Source: a virus
Virus record (IMG/VR): IMGVR_UViG_3300027763_000032
Coordinates: 32,001 to 96,000 of that record
Reading direction: 5' to 3' (one strand)
DNA: 64,000 bases
In this document: in pieces, positions 36,802-45,799 of the stretch
Layout of the letters: each line of letters begins with the position of its first letter
Position numbering within the stretch: the stretch's first letter is position 1
Program-made: the position numbers and the translations under genes
The notes under the pieces: generated by a model
Database searches by the model: none
Seen by the model: only the letters and a program-made list of their open reading frames with translations
Told to the model about the DNA's origin: nothing

Positions 36802-37185
36802 ATGAGAGCAAAAGAATTTATTGTTGAGCAGGGCAAGGGCGGAATGAAGAAAATTGATCCCGCCTTTAAAGCCGCGATGAAAAATGCCATGACCATTCCT
36901 TCAATGAATCAAAGTACAGGTTCAGCGTACTTAGGGTGGAGAATGAACATTGCTCTTGCAGGTGCTCCTGATTATCCAACCAAGATGGAAGCAGATAACT
37001 GGATTGGTGGAGATCCTTTAATTAGTACATATACAGAAGAAGAATATGAAATGGTCAAGGCCGCATCATTAGCAGTAGGCGGAGGCTCTATTCAAAATTG
37101 GTCTGGCAAACGCAGTGAAGAACTGCCAGATACTAATAAAACAAGCACAGTGGCTAAACCAAAACGTAACAAATACGGCGTATGA
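36802..37185 (+). CDS. Putative head-internal protein
   Basis: MRAKEFIVE N-terminus. Confidence 0.7.
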   Translation: MRAKEFIVEQGKGGMKKIDPAFKAAMKNAMTIPSMNQSTGSAYLGWRMNIALAGAPDYPTKMEADNWIGGDPLISTYTEEEYEMVKAASLAVGGGSIQNWSGKRSEELPDTNKTSTVAKPKRNKYGV

Positions 37186-37496
37186 AAATAAACGAACTAT
37201 TAACAGAAGCACCCATTGACTTTGATCCTAGTGAACCAATGAATCCCTTAGTACATAGTCATCAGGGAGCCAATCCAGGCAAGCTACAATATCGTATGCT
37301 ACGTGCGGCAGGACAGTTAAAGGATCTTGCCAAAAGAGCAGAACACGCTAGTCCTTTAGAATGGGAAATGATTTCCAAAAACTTTTCAGAGCTAGCAATG
37401 AACGTTGAACAGATTAGACATGGTCTAGAAGAACTTGCCGCACAACGTAAAAAGGGTGGCGTCCGTTCAAGAGGCATTGATCCAAACATTGGATAA
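37182..37496 (+). CDS. Putative head-internal protein
   Basis: MKINELLTE N-terminus. Confidence 0.7.
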   Translation: MKINELLTEAPIDFDPSEPMNPLVHSHQGANPGKLQYRMLRAAGQLKDLAKRAEHASPLEWEMISKNFSELAMNVEQIRHGLEELAAQRKKGGVRSRGIDPNIG

Positions 37497-37503
37497 AATA
37501 TAG

Positions 37504-37532
37504 TTGACACAGTCAACACAAGGCTATATAAT
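37504..37532 (+). promoter_or_regulatory. Sigma70-like promoter for the replication genes
   Basis: TTGACA(37504)-17 bp-TATAAT(37527); the -35 lies within the palindrome GTTGAC-aca-GTCAAC. Confidence 0.85.
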
Positions 37533-37554
37533 AAGGCGATACTAAGGAGAAGTT

Positions 37555-37815
37555 ATGGGCGCACGTACCTATGGGCCAGAAGAAAAGGCCAAACTAGAAA
37601 GACTCATCAACGAAGGCGTACAAATCAAATATGAAATGGAAAGCCTGTCAGAAGGACTCAAAGAAACTGTTAAAGCAGTTGCCGAAGAGTTAGAAATTAA
37701 ACCCTCACTAATTAACAAAGCCATCAGCATTGCCCATAAGGGTAATTGGAATGACGTATTCAGCGACTTTGACGATCTTGAAACATTGATCGTAACTGTA
37801 GGCAAGGATAAATGA
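37555..37815 (+). CDS. GapR / T4 DsbA-like dsDNA-binding protein
   Basis: KLERLINEG...LKETVKAVAEELEIKPSLINKAISIAHK helical pattern. Confidence 0.6.
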   Translation: MGARTYGPEEKAKLERLINEGVQIKYEMESLSEGLKETVKAVAEELEIKPSLINKAISIAHKGNWNDVFSDFDDLETLIVTVGKDK

Positions 37816-38105
37816 TCGACACAATATTTGCACCAACTATACAATGGATTAAAGATGACTTTAAGTCTAATAGAGTTCGCTTTGCTGTTGAGTTGCTTGC
37901 TTGGACTATCAGTATTGGTTGCAGTATTACTATGGCGCTCACAGTCCCTACTCCACCGCTTATTATTCTTTATCCTATTTGGATTGCTGGCTGTGCCATG
38001 TATGCTTGGGCTAGTTGGACTAGGAAATCTTTTGGTATGCTGGCTAACTATATACTGTTGACCACTATTGATAGCATTGGCCTAATTAGGATGCTAAGTA
38101 ATTAA
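37812..38105 (+). CDS. Three-TM membrane protein
   Basis: Hydrophobic helices; VELLAW...LYP...WAS..RK. Confidence 0.65.
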   Translation: MIDTIFAPTIQWIKDDFKSNRVRFAVELLAWTISIGCSITMALTVPTPPLIILYPIWIAGCAMYAWASWTRKSFGMLANYILLTTIDSIGLIRMLSN

Positions 38106-38115
38106 GAGAAAGGTT

Positions 38116-38170
38116 TAGTCAGCCATAAATGACTACATTGGTATTTGTGAGCCCTAAATCACATAAGGAG
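38116..38170 (+). promoter_or_regulatory. Tandem-hairpin translational operator candidate for the DNA polymerase
   Basis: tagtca-GCCATAAA-tgacta and tgtga-GCCCTAAA-tcaca, adjacent to SD aaggag. Confidence 0.6.
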
Positions 38171-38174
38171 AAAT

Positions 38175-40844
38175 ATGAGCTATGTAGATGCTCTCTTTGA
38201 CAGAGAGAACGACACTATTAAAGTTGTCGAACGAAACAACAAAGGCGAACGGGTCTATAAAGAACACCCTGTACGCTACACATTTTACTATCCGGACCAA
38301 CGAGGTAAGTTCACAAGTATTTACGGTGAACCTCTTACTAAGGTAGTATGCAAGAACACTAAAGACTTCCGTAAAGAAGTTTCTATTGCTTCAAATAAAG
38401 AACTGTACGAAAGCGATATTAATCCAATCTTTGTACACCTATCCGAAAACTATTTAAATCAAGATGCACCTAAGCTAAACATCTGCTTCTTCGACATTGA
38501 GGTAGACTTTGATCCAGAACGTGGCTATAGCACTCCAGAAGATGCTTTCATGCCAATCACTGCTATCACTGTTTACCTAAAGTGGATGAAGAAGTTAATC
38601 ACATTAGCAATGCCTCCTAAGGGCATGAAGATGGAAGATGCTGTTAAACTAGTTGCTGATATTCCTGATACACATTTGTTCGACAACGAAGGTGACATGT
38701 TGGAAACATTCCTGGATCTAATCCAAGATGCTGATATTATCAGTGGTTGGAACAGTGAAGGCTATGACGTTCCCTATACTGTTAATCGTGTTACTCGTGT
38801 ATTAAGCAAAGAAGATACTAAACGTTTCTGCCTTTGGGGACAGTTGCCTAAGAAACGTGAATATGAAAAATATGGGAAGCAGGCTGTTACATATGACTTC
38901 CACGGTCGTGTACACTTAGACAGTCTTGAACTATATCGCAAATACACTTATGAAGAACGTCACACATATCGATTAGACGCCATCGGTGAAATGGAAGTAG
39001 GCGAAAACAAAACTGTCTACGAAGGTACACTGGATCAACTGTACAACAATGACTTCCATAAGTTTATTGTCTATAACAGACAAGATACCTTACTGCTAAA
39101 CAAACTAGATGACAAATTAAAGTTTATTGACCTTGCTAATACACTGGCACACGAATGTACTGTATTGTTACAGACTACAATGGGTGCGGTTGCTGTAACT
39201 GAGCAGGCTATTATTAATGAATGCCATCGTAGAGGATTCCAAGTTCCTAATAGACAAAAACGTGACGAGGATGCTGATAATTCAGCCGCAGGTGCGTATG
39301 TTGCCTATCCCAAAGAAGGTATTCATGAATGGATTGGTTCCTTAGACATTAACAGTCTTTATCCCTCAGCTATTCGTGCGCTCAACATGGGTCCAGAGAC
39401 TATTGTTGGACAGTTACGCCAGACTGAAACAGATAACTTTATCCACGAACAAATGACGCTCAAGAAGAAGTCATTTGCCGCAAGTTGGGAAGGTATGTTT
39501 GGATCACTAGAATATCAGTATGTTATGGAACAACGTATCGATAAAACTATTATTATTGATTGGGAAGATGGTAATAGTACAGAACATTCAGCCGCAGAAG
39601 TATACAAGTTAATATTTGACAGCAATCAATCCTGGATGATTTCAGCCAACGGCACACTCTTTACCTACGAGAAAGAAGGTATCATTCCTGGACTACTAAA
39701 ACGTTGGTATGCTGAACGTAAGGAAATGCAGGCCAAACTTAAAGACTGTATCAAAGCAGAGAATAAAGTAGAAGAAGAATATTGGGATAAAAGACAGCTA
39801 GTTAAGAAGATTAACCTAAATAGTCTATATGGTGCTATCCTTAATGCTGGTTGTAGATTCTTTGACAAGCGTATTGGACAGTCAACTACCCTAACAGGAC
39901 GACAGATTGTTAAACATATGGCTGGTAAAGTAAACGAGATTATTACAGGTGATTTTGATTATCGTGGTAAGGCAATTATCTACGGTGATACTGACAGTTG
40001 TTATTTTTCCGGCTACACTACATTAAAGAAAGATATCGACTCTGGTGCTATTCCGTGGACTAAAGAAAACGTCATTGCTCTCTACGATCAAGTAGGTGAT
40101 GAGGTTAATAAAACATTCCCAGGCTTTATGGAAAATGCATTTCATTGTCCTCACAGCCGGGGAGAAGTTATCAAAGCAGGTCGTGAAATTGTTGCAATTA
40201 AAGGCTTGTTCATTACTAAGAAACGATATGCTGTTCTTTACTTTGATAAAGAAGGCAAGCGCACTGACGTAGATGGCAAGCCCGGCAAGATCAAGGCCAT
40301 GGGGTTAGATCTGAAACGCAGTGACACACCCGAATTTATTCAAAACTTCTTGAGTGATATTCTAGAACGAGTACTAACTGTAGGGTCAGAAGAAGCAGTA
40401 CTAGAACACATTACTAGGTTCCGTAGTGAGTTTAAGGCTCGACCCGGTTGGGAGAAAGGTAGTCCAAAACGTGCAAACAACATTACCGAGTATCAGGCCA
40501 AGGAAGCCAAAGCAGGTAAAGCCAACATGCCTGGACATGTTCGAGCAAGTATTAATTGGAATACTCTACGCCGTATGAACGGTGACAAGTATTCAATGCA
40601 AATTACAGATGGACAGAAGGTCATTGTCTGTAAACTAAAGCCTAATCCAATTGGCTTTACCTCAGTTGCCTATCCGGTAGACGAACTACGTTTGCCTAAA
40701 TGGTTTATGGAATTACCATTTGACGACGCAGAAATGGAACAGACTATTATTGATAACAAACTAGAAAACCTTATTGGTGTTTTAGGATGGGACATTAAGA
40801 GTACGGAAGAAAAGAACACTTTTAATCAACTCTTTGAGTTTTAA
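38175..40844 (+). CDS. Family B DNA polymerase (T4 gp43-like)
   Basis: ExoI DIEVD, ExoII GWNSEGYD, DINSLYPS, KKINLNSLYG, YGDTDS, KKRYA. Confidence 0.97.
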   Translation: MSYVDALFDRENDTIKVVERNNKGERVYKEHPVRYTFYYPDQRGKFTSIYGEPLTKVVCKNTKDFRKEVSIASNKELYESDINPIFVHLSENYLNQDAPKLNICFFDIEVDFDPERGYSTPEDAFMPITAITVYLKWMKKLITLAMPPKGMKMEDAVKLVADIPDTHLFDNEGDMLETFLDLIQDADIISGWNSEGYDVPYTVNRVTRVLSKEDTKRFCLWGQLPKKREYEKYGKQAVTYDFHGRVHLDSLELYRKYTYEERHTYRLDAIGEMEVGENKTVYEGTLDQLYNNDFHKFIVYNRQDTLLLNKLDDKLKFIDLANTLAHECTVLLQTTMGAVAVTEQAIINECHRRGFQVPNRQKRDEDADNSAAGAYVAYPKEGIHEWIGSLDINSLYPSAIRALNMGPETIVGQLRQTETDNFIHEQMTLKKKSFAASWEGMFGSLEYQYVMEQRIDKTIIIDWEDGNSTEHSAAEVYKLIFDSNQSWMISANGTLFTYEKEGIIPGLLKRWYAERKEMQAKLKDCIKAENKVEEEYWDKRQLVKKINLNSLYGAILNAGCRFFDKRIGQSTTLTGRQIVKHMAGKVNEIITGDFDYRGKAIIYGDTDSCYFSGYTTLKKDIDSGAIPWTKENVIALYDQVGDEVNKTFPGFMENAFHCPHSRGEVIKAGREIVAIKGLFITKKRYAVLYFDKEGKRTDVDGKPGKIKAMGLDLKRSDTPEFIQNFLSDILERVLTVGSEEAVLEHITRFRSEFKARPGWEKGSPKRANNITEYQAKEAKAGKANMPGHVRASINWNTLRRMNGDKYSMQITDGQKVIVCKLKPNPIGFTSVAYPVDELRLPKWFMELPFDDAEMEQTIIDNKLENLIGVLGWDIKSTEEKNTFNQLFEF

Positions 40845-40848
40845 AAGG

Positions 40849-40877
40849 TTGACAACAGATATTAATCACTATACAAT
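40849..40877 (+). promoter_or_regulatory. Sigma70-like promoter
   Basis: TTGACA(40849)-17 bp-TACAAT(40872). Confidence 0.75.
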
Positions 40878-40895
40878 ACACATAAGGAGAATCAT

Positions 40896-41630
40896 ATGAT
40901 TAAGGACATTTTAACAGACATCGTAGCACATACACACAGCTTAGGGTTTTTACCTTTAGTAAAAATTACAGGCGATAAGACTACAACAACCATCGAGTCA
41001 ATGGCTGAAGATCGTTCAGTTATCGTAACTGCTAGTGCTCACAAGGCAGTTGACGTATTTGAAGGCACATTTGGTATGCCAAACTTAGACAAGTTAAATC
41101 TTCACTTGAAGAATCCAGAATATAAAGAGAACGCAAAAATTGATGTTACTAAGGCGCAACGTAATGGTGAAGAAATTCCTGTAGGATTACACTTTGAAAA
41201 TCAAGCAGGCGATTTTCAAAACGACTATCGCTTTATGAATGCCGACATCATTAACGAAAAGTTAAAGACTGTTAAATTTAAAGGCGCAAGCTGGGACGTA
41301 AGTTTTGAACCGAGCGTTACTGCTATTCAACGTTTGAAGTTGCAATCAGCAGTTCATACAGAAGAGACAGTTTTTCAAGTTCGCACAGAAGATGGTAACT
41401 TGGTATTTTTCTTCGGTGACGCAAGCACTCACGCAGGTTCGTTTGTATTTCAACCAAATGTTACTGGTAAACTAAAGCACACATGGGCATGGCCTGTGCA
41501 ACAAGTTATTAGCATACTAAATCTTTCTGGTAATGTTACTATGAAGATTAGCGATGCAGGTGCTATGCAAATTACTGTTGATTCCGGTGTTACAGAATAT
41601 AACTATATTTTACCAGCACAATCTAAATAA
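40896..41630 (+). CDS. Probable sliding clamp (gp45/PCNA-like)
   Basis: 244 aa, beta-rich, directly after polB, C-terminal YNYILPA; clamp loader present in the window. Confidence 0.5.
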   Translation: MIKDILTDIVAHTHSLGFLPLVKITGDKTTTTIESMAEDRSVIVTASAHKAVDVFEGTFGMPNLDKLNLHLKNPEYKENAKIDVTKAQRNGEEIPVGLHFENQAGDFQNDYRFMNADIINEKLKTVKFKGASWDVSFEPSVTAIQRLKLQSAVHTEETVFQVRTEDGNLVFFFGDASTHAGSFVFQPNVTGKLKHTWAWPVQQVISILNLSGNVTMKISDAGAMQITVDSGVTEYNYILPAQSK

Positions 41631-41980
41631 TGAATAGTGTACAAGTATTTTCCGGATGTCTAGCGTTCTTAGTTCTATGTGGTGTTGTATATCGCCACAT
41701 AGGATTTGCAAAAATGAAAGAATGTTATGGCATGTGGTTTACAAAGGAATACTGGACCGACTACAACACTGTGGAGTTTGCCAGTTGGGCGGCGAAGGCC
41801 TGTATTATTGTTCCTGGCTTAATATTTGGTATACAAATTTGGTGGTTATATTTCTTTACATTGGCAACAAGTCTAACACTTATTTGGGCTAGTGAGAAAA
41901 AGCTACTTCCAACTCTAGTAGGATTTAACACTATATGGGTATGGATTAGTTGCATGGTATTGGCAAAACATTTAATATGA
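41630..41980 (+). CDS. Membrane protein (3-4 TM)
   Basis: VEFASW...LYF...WASEKK, resembling 37812..38105. Confidence 0.65.
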   Translation: MNSVQVFSGCLAFLVLCGVVYRHIGFAKMKECYGMWFTKEYWTDYNTVEFASWAAKACIIVPGLIFGIQIWWLYFFTLATSLTLIWASEKKLLPTLVGFNTIWVWISCMVLAKHLI

Positions 41981-43509
41981 ATAAAAACTTAACAGCAACG
42001 CAAAACGATTATGCATATTTCTTGCCAGCTACGTCGGGCTTCTACTCAACGTTTATAGGCAAGCAAAGATATGGTAATTATGTAGACCCTGCACGTATTC
42101 CACCGAGTCTTACTAACGGAGTAGAAAGTCTTAACTATCTTAATCCAGACAAGGGTCAGTTTTACTTTGATCATTGTTTGTATTCAGCAGGTCATGCTAA
42201 CTTAGACCTTAACAAGCCAGACGAAACTGAGGACATGTTCCGCAACAGAGATCGTAATACCAGTTGGGTATTAGGTGACTCAGGCGGATTCCAGATTGGT
42301 AAAGGTGTTTGGCCTGCTGACTGGAAAGATCCCAACTGTCCTAAAGCCGCATTAAAACGCAAACAAGTTTTAACGTGGATGGATAGTCTTATGGACTATG
42401 GCATGGGCCTTGATATTCCAGCGTGGGTCGCTCGTAGCCCTGCAGGACGTGCGGCAACTGGTATTAGCACATATAACGAAGCAGTCCAAGGCACGTTTAT
42501 CAATAATGAATACTTTATTAACAATCGTAACGGCAACTGTAAGTTCTTAAATGTTCTTCAAGGTGAAAACCATACTGATGCTGAAGGTTGGTATCAGCAT
42601 ATGAAGAAATATAGTGATCCAACAATCTATGGCGACCGTGCATTTAATGGTTGGGGCATGGGCGGACAAAACATGTGTGATATTCACCTTGTACTCAAAC
42701 GTCTAGTAGCATTACGCTTTGATGGCCTGCTAGAAAAAGGTCAACAAGATTGGATGCACTTTTTAGGTACTAGTAAGTTAGAATGGGCCGTACTATTAAC
42801 TGACATTCAACGTGCTGTACGCAAGCATCACAATAGTCAGTTCACTATTAGTTTTGATTGTGCAAGTCCATTCCTAGCAACTGCTAATGGACAGATCTAT
42901 ATCAACACAGAAACAGACGATCGTACCAAATGGGTCTATCGTATGCAATCGTCGGCTGATGATAAAAAATATTCTACTGATACTAGACTATTTAAAGATG
43001 CAGTATTACAAGATAAAATATTTGAACGATTTGAGTCAAGTCCTATTATTGATCAAATGCAAATGAAAGATATTTGCATCTATAAGCCAGGCGACCTAAA
43101 TAAGAATGGTAAAGAAGGTAAGACGTCTTGGGATAGTTTTAGCTATGCTTTAATGATGGGGCATAATGTTTGGATGCATATTAATGCCGTTCAAGAAGCC
43201 AATCGCCAATATGATTTGGGCAAATTGCCGTCCATGTTAGTTGACGAACGCTTTGATAGAGTGTATTATAAGGACATAGTAGAAGCAATATTTTCAACTA
43301 GTGATAGAGGTATAGCTGATGCTGTTGTAGAAGAATACAGCAGATATTGGATGAGTATTATTGGTACTAGAGGTGCAACAGGTAAAAAGACAGTAAACGC
43401 ACAAACACATGCGGACATACACTTTGAAATCGAAGCTAACTTAGAGCCGGAAAAGAAAGCCAAAGTTGAACCTAAAGAAATTATCCTTAACCCGAGTTTA
43501 TTTGAATGA
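41977..43509 (+). CDS. dpdA: TGT-fold transglycosylase, DpdA(2)-like DNA 7-deazaguanine insertase
   Basis: DSGGFQ, LDIP, NVLQG, GWGMGG, HFLG, SFDCASP and HN motifs; lacks the tRNA-TGT CxCxxC; start at ATGA overlap 41977. Confidence 0.75.
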   Translation: MNKNLTATQNDYAYFLPATSGFYSTFIGKQRYGNYVDPARIPPSLTNGVESLNYLNPDKGQFYFDHCLYSAGHANLDLNKPDETEDMFRNRDRNTSWVLGDSGGFQIGKGVWPADWKDPNCPKAALKRKQVLTWMDSLMDYGMGLDIPAWVARSPAGRAATGISTYNEAVQGTFINNEYFINNRNGNCKFLNVLQGENHTDAEGWYQHMKKYSDPTIYGDRAFNGWGMGGQNMCDIHLVLKRLVALRFDGLLEKGQQDWMHFLGTSKLEWAVLLTDIQRAVRKHHNSQFTISFDCASPFLATANGQIYINTETDDRTKWVYRMQSSADDKKYSTDTRLFKDAVLQDKIFERFESSPIIDQMQMKDICIYKPGDLNKNGKEGKTSWDSFSYALMMGHNVWMHINAVQEANRQYDLGKLPSMLVDERFDRVYYKDIVEAIFSTSDRGIADAVVEEYSRYWMSIIGTRGATGKKTVNAQTHADIHFEIEANLEPEKKAKVEPKEIILNPSLFE

Positions 43510-44054
43510 AACGTGATTACACAGACGGTATTAGTGAAGCAGTAAATTTCTTCATTGGTAATGAGGTTGAACACACTCCTGCATTTGGCATGCGTACTTT
43601 GTTTGTTACAGGCATTCATAACGAACAAGTCATTGAACACTTACTAGGTGATCAAAACTGTTTGCTTGACACTAGTAAACATATTAAGCATATCTTCTTT
43701 GGTGCTAATCACAGTTTCAATCCGCAATGGAATGATTACGAAGGTTGGAAGGCATGGGAAGAAATGATCACATATTTCCTAGATCGAGACTATCTATGTA
43801 GTTTAGATATTCCGTTAAGTGCTGTAGAAGAATTTAATGATGGCGGATTAAACGACTACAATAATTTTATTCCTCAAATTAGAATTCCAATTCCCTATAT
43901 TAAATTATGGAATTATAATACAATGCTTAAAATTGATGACAAAGATTTTAAAGCAACTAATCCCGGCGTGTGGACTCATAGTCTACACAATCTTAAAGAC
44001 CGTAGCAAGTTCACTCCGTGGGCAGACTACAAAAACGACACAATCTTAAAATGA
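43506..44054 (+). CDS. Hypothetical protein in the deazaguanine cluster
   Basis: Coupled between dpdA and the queD-like gene; FFIGNEVEHTP, HIFFGANHSF. Confidence 0.7.
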   Translation: MKRDYTDGISEAVNFFIGNEVEHTPAFGMRTLFVTGIHNEQVIEHLLGDQNCLLDTSKHIKHIFFGANHSFNPQWNDYEGWKAWEEMITYFLDRDYLCSLDIPLSAVEEFNDGGLNDYNNFIPQIRIPIPYIKLWNYNTMLKIDDKDFKATNPGVWTHSLHNLKDRSKFTPWADYKNDTILK

Positions 44055-44446
44055 TTATTAAACAAGACATTCGACCAAATAAAATGATCTGGGTTACATT
44101 CCGTAAGGAAGGTATTCACTGCTATCCGGCGGCGGCTACAGATCCAAAACTAGCAACAGGAGATGAATATGATGTATCGTTTCTCGGTACTCCTCATCGC
44201 CATATCTTTCATTTCAGGGTGTGGCTCAGTGTGCAACACAATGATAGGGACGTCGAGTTCATCCAGTTCAAACGATGGCTCGAGTCGCTGTATAATGGTC
44301 AAGGTTCCGTTTTGAGCCTTGATTACAAGAGTTGTGAAATGATGTCAGATGATTTACATGGCATTATTTCCAATAGGTATCCAGATCGTGAGGTTTGGAT
44401 TGAGGTCTCCGAAGACGGAGAAAATGGTTCATTTATTAAATATTAA
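44051..44446 (+). CDS. queD: QueD-like 6-carboxytetrahydropterin synthase (T-fold)
   Basis: GIHCYP...PHRHIFHF...DRDVEF...SCEMM...EDGENG; start at ATGA overlap 44051. Confidence 0.65.
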   Translation: MIIKQDIRPNKMIWVTFRKEGIHCYPAAATDPKLATGDEYDVSFLGTPHRHIFHFRVWLSVQHNDRDVEFIQFKRWLESLYNGQGSVLSLDYKSCEMMSDDLHGIISNRYPDREVWIEVSEDGENGSFIKY

Positions 44447-44464
44447 TCTTTAGGAAATACTAAG

Positions 44465-44695
44465 ATGAAAAGAGAAGTCGTTCAGATTTTTGACGATCTA
44501 GAGGCCCTGCTGAATTTTTGCAGGTTAAATATGGCACCTTTTAACGAGGCAGACCTTTATAATAAGGGTTCAAAAGTTTGGAGAGATTACGAATACAGTA
44601 AGCGTCCCCGCAACTATGAGCGTAAAGAGTATCAAGGCAATAAGCCACGCAACAACGGTGGTTACAATAATAACTATCGCAACGGTCGTCAGTAA
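44465..44695 (+). CDS. Hypothetical protein
   Basis: SD-led ORF; N/R/Y-rich tail. Confidence 0.65.
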   Translation: MKREVVQIFDDLEALLNFCRLNMAPFNEADLYNKGSKVWRDYEYSKRPRNYERKEYQGNKPRNNGGYNNNYRNGRQ

Positions 44696-45799
44696 ATGGC
44701 AACTGTCTATCTAGTAGACCTTGAGCCTGTAGAAACTCGCTACACGGCTCAATGGAAGACTCATCTTCCTGCTATCTTACGAAAGAGAGGACATGATGTT
44801 CAAATTTTATCTGGGCCTGAAGATATTCCTACAGCCACTACTCCTGGTGCTTTTCTTAATTTTGGTGGCACCAATATATACAAGTCTGCTCAAGTTGAGC
44901 AAATGGGCAGGCTATTTTGTAACGGAGCCGTTCATCCCGGCGATCACTTTATCTTTACTGATGCTTGGCATCCTGGTATCATAAACTTAAAGTATATGAG
45001 CGAACTACTAGGTATTCCTGTAGTTACACATGGCCTATGGCATGCTGGTAGTTATGATCCTCAGGATTTCCTAGGACGCTTAGTTGGTAAAAAGGGGTGG
45101 GTTAGACACGCAGAACAAAGTTTTTTCTATGCGTTTGATCACAACTACTTTGCTACTAAATTCCATATTGAGTTATTCCATAGAGAATTGCTCAACGGAG
45201 GATTCCAAACAGAGAATCCCTGGTATGAAGATGAACTAAGTGAGATCCTAGCAGGTGAGTACACTAAGATTGTACGCACAGGTTGGCCTATGGAGTATAT
45301 GGACTCAACGCTAACTATGTATAAAAACATGCCCAAGCGTGATCTTATCTTGTTCCCGCATCGCATTGCTCCAGAAAAACAAGTAGATATCTTCCGTGAT
45401 TTAGCACAACACCTACCACAATATGAATTTGTTGTTTGTCAAGATCAACAACTAACTAAAAATGAATATCATAATCTATTAGGTGAAGCTAAACTAGTGT
45501 TTAGCGCCAATCTACAAGAAACGTTAGGCATCAGTTGGTACGAAGGTGCAGTAGTAGATGCTATACCCATGGTGCCAGATAGATTAAGCTACAGTGAAAT
45601 GGCTTTTGATACCTTTAAGTATCCGAGTGAATGGACTGAAAGTTACGAGGCTTACGATTCTGCAAGACCTGCTGTTTGCAATAAGATCATGCAGTACATG
45701 AATCATTACGATCAGTTCTTACCGCAACTAAAAAAACAAACGGAGGCTCTACGTGAGCAATACTTCACAGCTAACGGACTGTATAACAATATCAAGTGA
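44696..45799 (+). CDS. GT-B glycosyltransferase (GT4/GT1-like)
   Basis: FTDAWHPG, LWHAGSYD, FPHRIAPEKQ, QETLGISWYEG (E-x7-E motif). Confidence 0.75.
   Translation: MATVYLVDLEPVETRYTAQWKTHLPAILRKRGHDVQILSGPEDIPTATTPGAFLNFGGTNIYKSAQVEQMGRLFCNGAVHPGDHFIFTDAWHPGIINLKYMSELLGIPVVTHGLWHAGSYDPQDFLGRLVGKKGWVRHAEQSFFYAFDHNYFATKFHIELFHRELLNGGFQTENPWYEDELSEILAGEYTKIVRTGWPMEYMDSTLTMYKNMPKRDLILFPHRIAPEKQVDIFRDLAQHLPQYEFVVCQDQQLTKNEYHNLLGEAKLVFSANLQETLGISWYEGAVVDAIPMVPDRLSYSEMAFDTFKYPSEWTESYEAYDSARPAVCNKIMQYMNHYDQFLPQLKKQTEALREQYFTANGLYNNIK

Noticed and set aside
38175-40844. Intein or intron in DNA polymerase
   Set aside because: 889 aa continuous, with all motifs at normal spacing; no intein or homing-endonuclease signature
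41977-43509. Ordinary tRNA-guanine transglycosylase (tgt)
   Set aside because: It lacks the C-terminal CxCxxC zinc site, is longer and divergent, and lies in a replication operon; DpdA-like is preferred, although tRNA activity is not formally excluded
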